From an uncultured bacterium (GTDB taxonomy: Bacteria; Fidelibacterota; Marinisomatia; Marinisomatales; UBA1611): a stretch of DNA of 64,000 bases. Positions 46,477 to 55,330 of this stretch are shown piece by piece. The stretch is from NCBI GenBank assembly GCA_964646455.1, contig CAZYDX010000001.1, forward strand, positions 9,560 through 73,559, written 5' to 3'. The first letter of the stretch is position 1, and each line of letters begins with the position of its first letter. Under the pieces are notes generated by a model. The model was not told the origin of the DNA and ran no database searches. It worked only from the letters and a program-made list of their open reading frames with translations. The translations under genes were made by a program, and so were the position numbers.

Positions 46477-47322
46477 ATGTTTTTCTATCGAACCTTAAAA
46501 AGAATAGAAAATAAAATTATGTTTTTGATTGATTTGTCATCCTTTGAATTTTGGAGAAATATATTGTCATTTTCAATGCCGACACAGAAGAAAATAAAAT
46601 TTGATTTTCAAATAATTGATTTATTAATAAAAAATCATCAAAAAGAAAAGATTTTACTTATAGGTAATGCTAAAACATCAAAAACATTAGGCAATGAAGT
46701 TAATTCTTTTGATGGAGATATTATAAGATTCAATCGCTTTCAGGATGGTTATGATGATTATTTGGGGTCTAAAACAACGCACTGGTTCCTTTCTAATGGC
46801 CTGACTTTTGATGAACGAAACTATGTTTATAATAATTTGGATAGAATAAAACAAACCAATCCAGATTTAATTAATTATCTTATGACAACATATAATTCGA
46901 ATACAGAATATCATGAAAAGAAAAAAGTTTTAAGTAAAGACAGAATAATTGATATAATTGATACTCGTCCATTAATTAGAATTCTAATTAATTTAACAAA
47001 TCAATTTATCAGTAGTAATGGTCATATAATTAATCTAAGGGATCCTATGCTTGTAAATTATGGTTATTTTAAACCATCTACAGGTTTTCTAAGTATTATT
47101 TATGCATTGAATAATTACAAACAAATTTTTATACACAATTTTGACTTTTTTCGCTCAGATCATTATTGGATAAAAAAGGAAAATTATGGTATGAATGAAG
47201 TTGATGGTAAGTATTATAAGGGTGTTGATTCCGATAAGGTTCAAGGAAATCATGAATTCATTTTTGAAGAGAATGTAATAAAGGAATTGATTAATAATAA
47301 ATTTATTAGATGGTTATCTTAA
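46477..47322 (+). CDS. GT29-like (animal-type) sialyltransferase homologue
   Basis: Sialylmotif L-like 'ILLIGNAKTSKTLGNEVNSFDGDIIRFNRFQDGYDDYLGSKTTHWFL'; S-like 'KPSTGFLSIIYALNNYKQIFIHNFDFF'; III-like 'DHYW'; VS-like 'NHEFIFEE' (H-x4-E). All four occur in canonical order. Confidence 0.6.
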   Translation: MFFYRTLKRIENKIMFLIDLSSFEFWRNILSFSMPTQKKIKFDFQIIDLLIKNHQKEKILLIGNAKTSKTLGNEVNSFDGDIIRFNRFQDGYDDYLGSKTTHWFLSNGLTFDERNYVYNNLDRIKQTNPDLINYLMTTYNSNTEYHEKKKVLSKDRIIDIIDTRPLIRILINLTNQFISSNGHIINLRDPMLVNYGYFKPSTGFLSIIYALNNYKQIFIHNFDFFRSDHYWIKKENYGMNEVDGKYYKGVDSDKVQGNHEFIFEENVIKELINNKFIRWLS

Positions 47323-47335
47323 TAAAGGCAGCAAT

Positions 47336-47800
47336 ATGAATCTGAAGGATATTAAACTCATAGTTTATGATTTTGATGGAGTAATGACAGATAATAAGGT
47401 TTATTTAGATCAAAATAGCAATGAAATGGTTAGAGTAAATCGATCTGATGGTTTAGCAATAGCAATAATTAAAGAAATGGGAATTAAACAAATAATTATA
47501 TCTACTGAAGAAAATCCAGTTGTAAGTGTTAGAGCTAAAAAACTAAAAATTAAATGTTTCCACAATATTGATAATAAGAAAAATGAACTGAAACGATATT
47601 GTAGTAACAATAATATTGATTTATCTGAAGTTGTTTATGCAGGAAATGATGTTAATGATTTAGAAGCAATGCAAATATGTGGTTGCACCTTTTGTCCTGC
47701 AGATGCACATATGAATATAAAGAAAATTTCAGATTATGTTCTTAAATCAAATGGTGGCGATGGAGTGATAAGAGAAATGTTGGATTTCATTAAAAAATAA
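47336..47800 (+). CDS. KdsC-type HAD phosphatase (ulosonate-phosphate phosphatase)
   Basis: 154 aa. 'LIVYDFDGVMTDNKVY' (DxDxT), 'YAGNDVNDLEAM', 'GGDGVIRE'. Size and motifs are those of Kdo-8-P / Kdn-9-P phosphatases. Confidence 0.75.
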   Translation: MNLKDIKLIVYDFDGVMTDNKVYLDQNSNEMVRVNRSDGLAIAIIKEMGIKQIIISTEENPVVSVRAKKLKIKCFHNIDNKKNELKRYCSNNNIDLSEVVYAGNDVNDLEAMQICGCTFCPADAHMNIKKISDYVLKSNGGDGVIREMLDFIKK

Positions 47801-47805
47801 ATGTT

Positions 47806-47810
47806 AGGAG
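47806..47810 (+). promoter_or_regulatory. Shine-Dalgarno-like AGGAG 6 nt upstream of ATG 47817
   Basis: 'gttAGGAGaaaaaaATG' read directly. Confidence 0.5.
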
Positions 47811-47816
47811 AAAAAA

Positions 47817-48668
47817 ATGTCTATTTTTATAATTGCTGAAATTGGGATTAACCATAATGGAGATCTTGAAATCGCAAAAAAACTTATTGATGTTGCTGCA
47901 GATGCAGGCGCTAATGCAGTAAAATTTCAAAAAAGAGAAATTGATTTAGTATATTCAAAATCAATGCTTGATAGTCCTCGTGAGAGTCCATGGGGGACAA
48001 CTCAAAGAGAACAAAAAAAAGGACTTGAGTTTGGAGCAGATGATTATAAAAAAATTGACAAATATTGTAGAGAAAAAGATATTGAGTGGTTTGCCTCAGC
48101 CTGGGATATAAATAGTCAAAATTTCTTAAATCAGTTTGATCTTAAATATAATAAAATAGCTTCAGCTATGATTGTTTACGAAGAACTTTTGCAAAAAGTA
48201 GCATCTGAGGGTAAGCATACATTTATTTCTACTGGTTTGAGTAGCTTAACTGATATTGATAGAGCTGTGCAGATTTTTAGGGATTCGAATTGTCCTTTTG
48301 AATTAATGCATTGTGTTTCAACCTATCCAATGCGCGATGAAGATGCTAATCTAAAAATGATAGAAACATTACGTGAGAGATATAATTGTAAAATAGGTTA
48401 TAGTGGGCACGAAGTTGGTCTTGCAGTATCATATGCAGCAGCAGCATTAGGAATTACTTCTCTTGAACGACATATTACACTAGATCGAGCAATGTACGGA
48501 TCAGATCAGTCTGCCTCAATTGAGCCTGCGGGTTTTAAAATGTTAGTAGGCGCTATTCGGAAGATTGAACAAGCATTAGGAGATGGAGAAAAACGTATTT
48601 TAGAAGCAGAAATTCCTATTGCTCAAAAATTACGTGAACATTTTAAATGGGAATCCAGCAAAAAATAA
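47817..48668 (+). CDS. neuB: NeuB-family nonulosonic-acid synthase, NANS-like, no SAF domain
   Basis: 'IIAEIGINHNGDLEIAKKLIDVAADAGANAVKFQKR', 'MHCVSTYPMRDEDANLKMI', 'IGYSGHEVGLAVSYAAAALGITSLERHITLDRAMYGSDQSASIEP'. Only 283 aa. Confidence 0.8.
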   Translation: MSIFIIAEIGINHNGDLEIAKKLIDVAADAGANAVKFQKREIDLVYSKSMLDSPRESPWGTTQREQKKGLEFGADDYKKIDKYCREKDIEWFASAWDINSQNFLNQFDLKYNKIASAMIVYEELLQKVASEGKHTFISTGLSSLTDIDRAVQIFRDSNCPFELMHCVSTYPMRDEDANLKMIETLRERYNCKIGYSGHEVGLAVSYAAAALGITSLERHITLDRAMYGSDQSASIEPAGFKMLVGAIRKIEQALGDGEKRILEAEIPIAQKLREHFKWESSKK

Positions 48669-49504
48669 AAAACCCTATTGGAGTTATGCAAGGGCGCTTA
48701 TTGCCAAAGTATAATGGACGTTACCAAGCACATCCTGTAGATTATTGGGAAGATGAATTTCCCATTGCGTTTGAATTAGGTCTAGATTGTATAGAATTTA
48801 TTCTTGATTTTAATGACTTTCAAAATAATCCATTAATGACAATCGATGGTAAAAAAAAGATTCAAAAAATAACAAAACAAACAGGAATTGCTGTGCATTC
48901 AGTTTGCGCAGATTATTTAATGTATCTCCCATTGCATTCTGAAAATGAGCATGATGCTTCTTTAAGCCTAGAAATAGTTAAATCATTGATTATAACGGCT
49001 GCAGAATTAGATATAAGTGATATAGTAATACCTTGTGTTGATAATGCAAGTATTAAAAACATAAAGCTAAGGGATAGATTTATAGAGGTTCTATCTTCTG
49101 TTTTAAAAATAGCTGAAGAAAATAATGTAAACCTTGCTCTAGAAACAGATTTAAATCCTTATCAATTAATAAAATTAATTGAAGAATTTGATTCAACCAG
49201 TATTAAAGTAAATTATGATATAGGCAATAGTGCGTCATTAGGATACAATCATCTTGATGAAATAAAATCATATGGTTCTCTTATAAGTGATGTACATATA
49301 AAAGATCGTAAGTTAGGTGGTGGTTCTGTAGTGCTTGGTCAAGGTAATGCTGATATACCTGGTTGCATTAATACTTTTAGAAGTATTAATTATAAAGGAA
49401 TTTATATATTACAAATATATAGAGATGATGAAGGAATATCTATTTTTAAAAAACAATTAAGTTGGCTTAAAAAAAATGTTCCATCTTTATGGCAAAAGAA
49501 TTAG
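48647..49504 (+). CDS. xylose-isomerase-like TIM-barrel protein (sugar-phosphate isomerase/epimerase family)
   Basis: 'IGVMQGRLLP', 'GLDCIEFILD', 'NLALETD', 'VNYDIGNSA', 'DVHIKDR' fit the metal-ligand spacing of this fold. ATG 48686 is an alternative start. Confidence 0.55.
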   Translation: MGIQQKIKNPIGVMQGRLLPKYNGRYQAHPVDYWEDEFPIAFELGLDCIEFILDFNDFQNNPLMTIDGKKKIQKITKQTGIAVHSVCADYLMYLPLHSENEHDASLSLEIVKSLIITAAELDISDIVIPCVDNASIKNIKLRDRFIEVLSSVLKIAEENNVNLALETDLNPYQLIKLIEEFDSTSIKVNYDIGNSASLGYNHLDEIKSYGSLISDVHIKDRKLGGGSVVLGQGNADIPGCINTFRSINYKGIYILQIYRDDEGISIFKKQLSWLKKNVPSLWQKN

Positions 49505-50226
49505 CAGTAATAATCCCAGCAAGATCTGGATCTAAAGGATTATCAGATAAAAACATAAAGCTTTTGGCAGGGCATCCTCTTCTGTCTTATAGTATTGCAG
49601 CAGCTAAACTTTCTAACATTAACCCTATATTAGTTTCAACTGATTCAGATGAATATGCTGATATCGCGAAATATTATGGAGCAAGCGTTCCATTTATAAG
49701 ACCAAAAGAGATATCAGCAGATAAATCAACTGATTTTGAATTTATGAAACATGCTATGGAATGGTATAAAAAACATCATAGTAAATTACCAAATTATTGG
49801 TTACATCTTCGTCCAACAACTCCACTAAGAGATCCACATATAATTAATAAAGCAATAGAATTGATTACAAAAAATCCTTTAGCTACCTCACTGCGGTCGG
49901 GCCATGAAGTTCCAGAATCTCCATTTAAATGGTTTATGAAAGATAAAGATGGTTTTTTTAAAGGTCTTCAAAACAATCTTACTCCAGAATTAGTTAATGA
50001 GCCGCGTCAGAAATTTCCTAAGATGTATAATCCCGATGGATATATTGATATTGTCAAATCATCTCATGTGCTTTATAATAATACACTTCATGGAGATAAA
50101 ATGTTAGTTTTTGTAACGCCAAGATGTACTGAAGTTGATACAAAAGAAGATTTTGATTATTTAGAATATGAAATTAGAAAGCAGAAATCACCATTATTAA
50201 ACTGGTTAGAAAAAAAGGTATCATAA
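49489..50226 (+). CDS. CMP-nonulosonate cytidylyltransferase (second copy)
   Basis: 'LAVIIPARSGSKGLSDKNIKLLAGHPLLSYSI', 'LHLRPTTPLR', 'RQKFPKMYNPDGYIDI'. Confidence 0.75.
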   Translation: MAKELAVIIPARSGSKGLSDKNIKLLAGHPLLSYSIAAAKLSNINPILVSTDSDEYADIAKYYGASVPFIRPKEISADKSTDFEFMKHAMEWYKKHHSKLPNYWLHLRPTTPLRDPHIINKAIELITKNPLATSLRSGHEVPESPFKWFMKDKDGFFKGLQNNLTPELVNEPRQKFPKMYNPDGYIDIVKSSHVLYNNTLHGDKMLVFVTPRCTEVDTKEDFDYLEYEIRKQKSPLLNWLEKKVS

Positions 50227-50227
50227 T

Positions 50228-51613
50228 ATGTCTGGATTAGGTTTCTCTCACAAATCTCAGTTGGTTCCATTAGTCAATACAAAGCACAGAATCATTAAAA
50301 CCCCAATTCCTGTTCCAGAAAGTATTTCATATTTAAATAAATTATATAATTCTGAATCACATTCAATGCATGGACAGCTTCCTATGGTTTGGGATAGAGC
50401 AGATGGGTTTCAAGTCTTTGATCCGTGGGGAAATAAATGGCTTGATTTTTCAAGTACAATTTTCGTTACGAATGCTGGTCATGGAAATAAAAGGATTACA
50501 AATGCTTTGAATAAGGTTATCAATAAATCATTATTACATACATATACTTTTAGTTCGAAAGAACGTATTGATTATATAGATTATTTAATAAAAAATACTC
50601 CAAAACAATTTGAAAAGGCTTTTTTACTTTCTGCAGGCACAGAAGCAACTGAATGCGCACTAAAACTTATGCGACTTAATGGACAAAAGAATGATAAGCG
50701 ATTAGGAGGAATAATTTGTTTTGAAGGTAATTGGCATGGAAGAACAATGGGTGCCCAAATGATGAGTGGCAATATAGCTCAGAAGGATTGGATTGGATAT
50801 CATGATCCAAATATACATCACCTTCCTTTTCCTTATCCTTGGAAAAAGGAAGCTATAAGAGATCCACGTAAGTTTTTTACAGATAATTTAAATAGTCTTT
50901 TAGATGAGAAAAATTTAGATCCAAAAAAGGACATATGTGGAATAATGATGGAAACTTTTCAAGGATGGGGTGCAGTCTTTTACCCACCAGAATTTGTTCA
51001 AGAAGTGCAATCTTTTGCACGTGAGATTAATGCCGTATTGGCATTTGATGAGATGCAGTCTGGTTTTGGACGTACTGGAGAACTATTTGGTTATATGCAT
51101 TATGGTGTAGAGCCTGATCTGATTTGTTGTGGAAAAGGTGCAAGTTCAAGCTTACCCCTATCAATAGTTTTGGGTAGTGTTAATTTAATGGATATTCCTG
51201 AAATTGGTTCTATGAGCTCTACGCATTCGGCAAATCCAATGGTATGTGCTGCTGGAAAGGCAAATTTAGAAGCTATTCTTAAAGATGGATTATTAAAAAA
51301 CTCTAAGTTGCTTGGTAAAACTTTTCATGACGAGTTAAATAAAATGCAACACTATTTTCCTAAACATCTTTCTTATATTCAAGGAAAGGGATTGATTTCT
51401 GCTTTGATCTTCTATGATAGAGATGGAAACCCTCTAAACAATCTTTGTGACCGCGTAGTTGAGTTTTGCTTTCAACGTGGACTTCTAGTAGTGCATACAG
51501 GAAGAGAATCTATTAAACTAGCGCCACCTTTAACAATGAATGAAGAAGCTCTAAAAGAAGGGATTGATGTTATACGTAGTAGTATAGCTGATGCGATCAA
51601 TGAAATATGTTAA
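50228..51613 (+). CDS. class-III PLP aminotransferase
   Basis: 'SAGTEATECALKLMR', 'AFDEMQSGFGRTGELFG', lysine block 'CCGKGASSSLPLS'. Confidence 0.8.
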   Translation: MSGLGFSHKSQLVPLVNTKHRIIKTPIPVPESISYLNKLYNSESHSMHGQLPMVWDRADGFQVFDPWGNKWLDFSSTIFVTNAGHGNKRITNALNKVINKSLLHTYTFSSKERIDYIDYLIKNTPKQFEKAFLLSAGTEATECALKLMRLNGQKNDKRLGGIICFEGNWHGRTMGAQMMSGNIAQKDWIGYHDPNIHHLPFPYPWKKEAIRDPRKFFTDNLNSLLDEKNLDPKKDICGIMMETFQGWGAVFYPPEFVQEVQSFAREINAVLAFDEMQSGFGRTGELFGYMHYGVEPDLICCGKGASSSLPLSIVLGSVNLMDIPEIGSMSSTHSANPMVCAAGKANLEAILKDGLLKNSKLLGKTFHDELNKMQHYFPKHLSYIQGKGLISALIFYDRDGNPLNNLCDRVVEFCFQRGLLVVHTGRESIKLAPPLTMNEEALKEGIDVIRSSIADAINEIC

Positions 51614-52038
51614 ATAATATTAGGCATACTGGAATTGTAGTTAGAGATCTTAATAAATTAATTTCATTTTATGAAGGTCTTGGCTTCTCAATAGATAATA
51701 GACAGATAGAAAAGGGACTATATATAGATAAAATAGTTGGTTTAGATAATGTTTCCATAGAGACAGTTAAACTAAAATCGCCATGTGGTGGTTTAATAGA
51801 ACTATTAAACTATATTTCGCATCCTGATAAAAAAAAGATTATAAAACAACCATCTAATAAGCTAGGTTGCTCACATATTGCTATATCTGTAAAAAATTTA
51901 GATAAAGCAGTAATATTTGTTCAAAATAATGGCGGATCAATCGTGAACAATCCTGTGAGTTCACCGAATGGTACAGTTCGTGTTGTATATTGTCATGATC
52001 CTGAAGGAGTGCTCATGGAATTAGTAGAGGAAATTTAA
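51607..52038 (+). CDS. VOC/glyoxalase-fold protein
   Basis: 'IRHTGIVVRDL', 'CSHIAISVKNLD', 'YCHDPEGVLMELVE'. Confidence 0.65.
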   Translation: MLNNIRHTGIVVRDLNKLISFYEGLGFSIDNRQIEKGLYIDKIVGLDNVSIETVKLKSPCGGLIELLNYISHPDKKKIIKQPSNKLGCSHIAISVKNLDKAVIFVQNNGGSIVNNPVSSPNGTVRVVYCHDPEGVLMELVEEI

Positions 52039-52703
52039 TGTCAGACTATATTAATGTAATTTACAGCACTGATAAGATCCCTAAAACAGATTACCCATAT
52101 AGGTTATCATCATATTTATTTAATAATTATAAACTTCAAAAAGGGCAAAAGATACTAGAACCAGGATGTGGAAGAGGTGAATTCTTAAATGGTTTTCGAA
52201 AACTGGGTATGGAAGTATATGGATGTGATATATCTCCTCAGGCAGGTGAAGAATTAAATAATATTGAAGTCAAACAAACAGATATTGAAAATGACCCATT
52301 ACCATATGATGATAATTTTTTTGATGTAGTTTTTAGTAAATCATTATTGGAACATCTTATTCATCCTGACCATTATCTACTAGAAGTAAATAGAATTCTT
52401 AAGCCGGGGGGGAAAGTTCTTACACTTGTTCCTGATTGGGAATCGAATTATAAAATATACTTTGATGATTTTACTCATAGGACACCTTTTACAAAGGTTT
52501 CTCTAAATGATATTTATCTTATGTGCGATTACGTGAACGTTGAAATAATTAAATTTAGACAATTACCTATAGTATGGAAATTACCATTTCTTAATTATTT
52601 TTGTGCTTTCATCTCACCATTTATCCCTGTTAGAACAACTAATAAATTTTTACGATGGTCAAGAGAGCTAATGCTAATAGGATATGCTAATAAAGGAAAA
52701 TGA
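52038..52703 (+). CDS. class I SAM-dependent methyltransferase
   Basis: 'ILEPGCGRGEFL', 'FDVVFSKSLLEHL', 'LKPGGKVL'. TAATG overlap with the upstream gene. Confidence 0.7.
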   Translation: MSDYINVIYSTDKIPKTDYPYRLSSYLFNNYKLQKGQKILEPGCGRGEFLNGFRKLGMEVYGCDISPQAGEELNNIEVKQTDIENDPLPYDDNFFDVVFSKSLLEHLIHPDHYLLEVNRILKPGGKVLTLVPDWESNYKIYFDDFTHRTPFTKVSLNDIYLMCDYVNVEIIKFRQLPIVWKLPFLNYFCAFISPFIPVRTTNKFLRWSRELMLIGYANKGK

Positions 52704-53470
52704 ATTTAGAATTAAATAATAAATGTTTTTTAGTAACTGGTTCTAGTCGAGGTATTGGAAAATCTATTGCTAAACGATTATTAAGAGAAGGTGCTAGAGT
52801 AGCGATTGTATCTAGGGGAGAGGAAGACCTCCATTTAACTGGTGAAGAACTTAAGAAAGAATTTTCTGCTGATAATGTTCAAATGTTTTTATCAGATTGC
52901 ACATCATATGAAGCTCTTATAAAATTAAAAAAAGATATTATTCATGTATGGGGTGGAATTGATGGCGTTGTTGCTAACGTTGGAGATGGACGTAGTGTTA
53001 GTGAAGCTATACCGGATGTTGACCAATGGAATCGTACATGGAAAACCAATTTTGAATCATCTTATCTTACAGCAAGCGTTTTCTTAGAATTATTAAAAGA
53101 ATCAAAAGGTAGCATATTATTTATTTCATCAATTGCTGGAGTTGAATCCATAGGTGCGCCAGTAGATTATTCGATAGCAAAATCTGCAGTAAATTCATTT
53201 GCAAAAAATCTTTCAAAAAAAATAGCTCCAGATATTAGGGTTAATGTGATTGCGCCAGGAAATATATTTTTTAAGGGCGGTTCGTGGGATCAAAAATTAT
53301 TAAAAAATAGTAAAAAGATTGATAAAATGCTTAAGGAAAATGTGCCAATGCAGCGATTTGGAAAGCCAGAAGAAATAGCAGATATTGCTGCTTTTTTGTG
53401 TTCTAATCGTTCATCATTTATAACAGGTACTATAATTAGAGTTGATGGTGGTCAAACAACTTCTTTCTAA
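52700..53470 (+). CDS. short-chain dehydrogenase/reductase (classical SDR)
   Basis: 'FLVTGSSRGIGKSIA', 'FISSIAG', YxxxK in 'YSIAKSAVNSFAKNL', 'NVIAPGNI'. Confidence 0.85.
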   Translation: MNLELNNKCFLVTGSSRGIGKSIAKRLLREGARVAIVSRGEEDLHLTGEELKKEFSADNVQMFLSDCTSYEALIKLKKDIIHVWGGIDGVVANVGDGRSVSEAIPDVDQWNRTWKTNFESSYLTASVFLELLKESKGSILFISSIAGVESIGAPVDYSIAKSAVNSFAKNLSKKIAPDIRVNVIAPGNIFFKGGSWDQKLLKNSKKIDKMLKENVPMQRFGKPEEIADIAAFLCSNRSSFITGTIIRVDGGQTTSF

Positions 53471-53546
53471 TTTAAACTCAATATTTTCGTAATTACTTTT
53501 CTTATTTATAAATAATTTTAAATCATATTAACTATTTATTAATTCA

Positions 53547-55295
53547 ATGAGTCATTTTTTAGTAACAACACCATTAAAAGAGACCTGGCCAACTGATAAT
53601 AGCAAAATACTATTTTTAGGTGAATGGTGTCTATTGTATTACGAAAAAAAATCATTGTCTTCTGTGAATGGACATGTTTTGGATTATCATTGGGATGATA
53701 GAAATAAATTATATAATGATTATAAATATATACAAAAAATTTATGAACAACTCTTAATCTTATTATCTTATCAGTTAAATACTATTCATAATGTTGATCA
53801 TTCAGTACGTTATTGGAGAATATTAGTTGGACCATGGCTCGGATATTTTCTACAAATTCTGTTTGATAGATGGTCTTCTCTAACTCAAGCAATGAATTCG
53901 TATGAGATTGATAACACAATAATTCTAGATTATGAATCTGAGCATTTTATTCCAAAAGGAATGGATGACTTCCATGAATATTATATAAGCGATGAATGGA
54001 ATCATTTTGTTTATGGAGAAATATTGAAGATGGCAGGAGAAGTTTCATTATCTTATCAAAATCCAGAACAAGTGCAAATAGAAAATAAAATTAATAATAC
54101 AAATCATAATTTTTCATTAAAAAAAATATTAAAATCAGTTTTAAATAATCTTTCTTACTTAAATAGAGACAATGATTACTTTTTCATTTCTACTCAACTA
54201 CCAAAGTTATTACAATTGAAACTTGAATTAAAACTTAATCAATTTCCAATAATAAGGTTCTCTAGACAAGTTCCGAATAAAAAACCTGATTTAAAGAAGC
54301 GCAGTTGGGAATTAAATCCGACAAATGATTCAGATTTTGTAAGAATTTCTACAAAGTTAATTAGCAAATTTTTACCTACAGTTTATCTTGAAGGATATAA
54401 GTCACTCATAGAGATCGTGCAAAATTTAACTTGGCCAAAACGACCTAAAGCAATTTGGACTTCAGATTCGCATTATGATGATGATGTTTTTAAAGCTTGG
54501 TCTGCAAATAAAATAGAACATGGTTCAAAATTAATTATCGGACAGCATGGAGGTCACTTTGGAATTGGTCGTTGGTATTTTTTGGAAGAACATGAAATCT
54601 CTATTTCTGATAAGTATTTTAGTTGGGGATGGACAGATAATTCTATTCCTAAAGTTATTCCAGTCGGACAATTGAAAAATAAAAAACCATTAACTTTTGA
54701 TTATTCAAATCAAAAAAAGTTGCTTATGGTATGTCTAAGTATGCCTCGATATAGTTACCATATGTATAGTGTCATTGTTGCAAGTCAATATTTGGACTAT
54801 TTAAATCAACAATTCTTATTTGTTAAATCACTTAAAAAATCAATACAGAATAAGTTAATTATTAGATTATATAATAAGGATTATGGCTGGGAACAGGAGA
54901 ATCGTTGGAAAGATAAGTTTCCAAATATCCAATTAGATAATGGTAAAAAGAATATGGAATCACTTATTATTGGTTCACGCCTTTATGTGTCAACATATAA
55001 TGCAACAACATATTTGGAATCATTAACAATGAATATACCAACTATAATTTTTTGGAATCATAATCATTGGGAAATTCGTGAATCGGCAAAACCATATTTT
55101 GAAAAGATGAAAAAAGTTGGAATATTTCATGATAATCCTGTATCAGCTGCTAGGCAAATTAACTCTGTATGGGATGATGTGGATAAATGGTGGTCTAGCA
55201 ACGAAGTTTCTGAAGTAGTAAAAATATTTTGTAATAGATTTTCTAAAATATATAAAAATCCTTTAAAAAAGATCATTAAAGAAATAAAAAATTAA
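53547..55295 (+). CDS. large uncharacterised putative transferase (resembles the family I recall as LIC12162-type, found in nonulosonate loci)
   Basis: 582 aa. The N-terminus 'FLVTTPLKETWPTDNSKILFLGEWCLLY' matches my memory of that family's start (..T..EETWP....LFLGEWC..). No search was done. Confidence 0.4.
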   Translation: MSHFLVTTPLKETWPTDNSKILFLGEWCLLYYEKKSLSSVNGHVLDYHWDDRNKLYNDYKYIQKIYEQLLILLSYQLNTIHNVDHSVRYWRILVGPWLGYFLQILFDRWSSLTQAMNSYEIDNTIILDYESEHFIPKGMDDFHEYYISDEWNHFVYGEILKMAGEVSLSYQNPEQVQIENKINNTNHNFSLKKILKSVLNNLSYLNRDNDYFFISTQLPKLLQLKLELKLNQFPIIRFSRQVPNKKPDLKKRSWELNPTNDSDFVRISTKLISKFLPTVYLEGYKSLIEIVQNLTWPKRPKAIWTSDSHYDDDVFKAWSANKIEHGSKLIIGQHGGHFGIGRWYFLEEHEISISDKYFSWGWTDNSIPKVIPVGQLKNKKPLTFDYSNQKKLLMVCLSMPRYSYHMYSVIVASQYLDYLNQQFLFVKSLKKSIQNKLIIRLYNKDYGWEQENRWKDKFPNIQLDNGKKNMESLIIGSRLYVSTYNATTYLESLTMNIPTIIFWNHNHWEIRESAKPYFEKMKKVGIFHDNPVSAARQINSVWDDVDKWWSSNEVSEVVKIFCNRFSKIYKNPLKKIIKEIKN

Positions 55296-55330
55296 TTATT
55301 TATTTATATCAATGAGATACAATTATTTTT

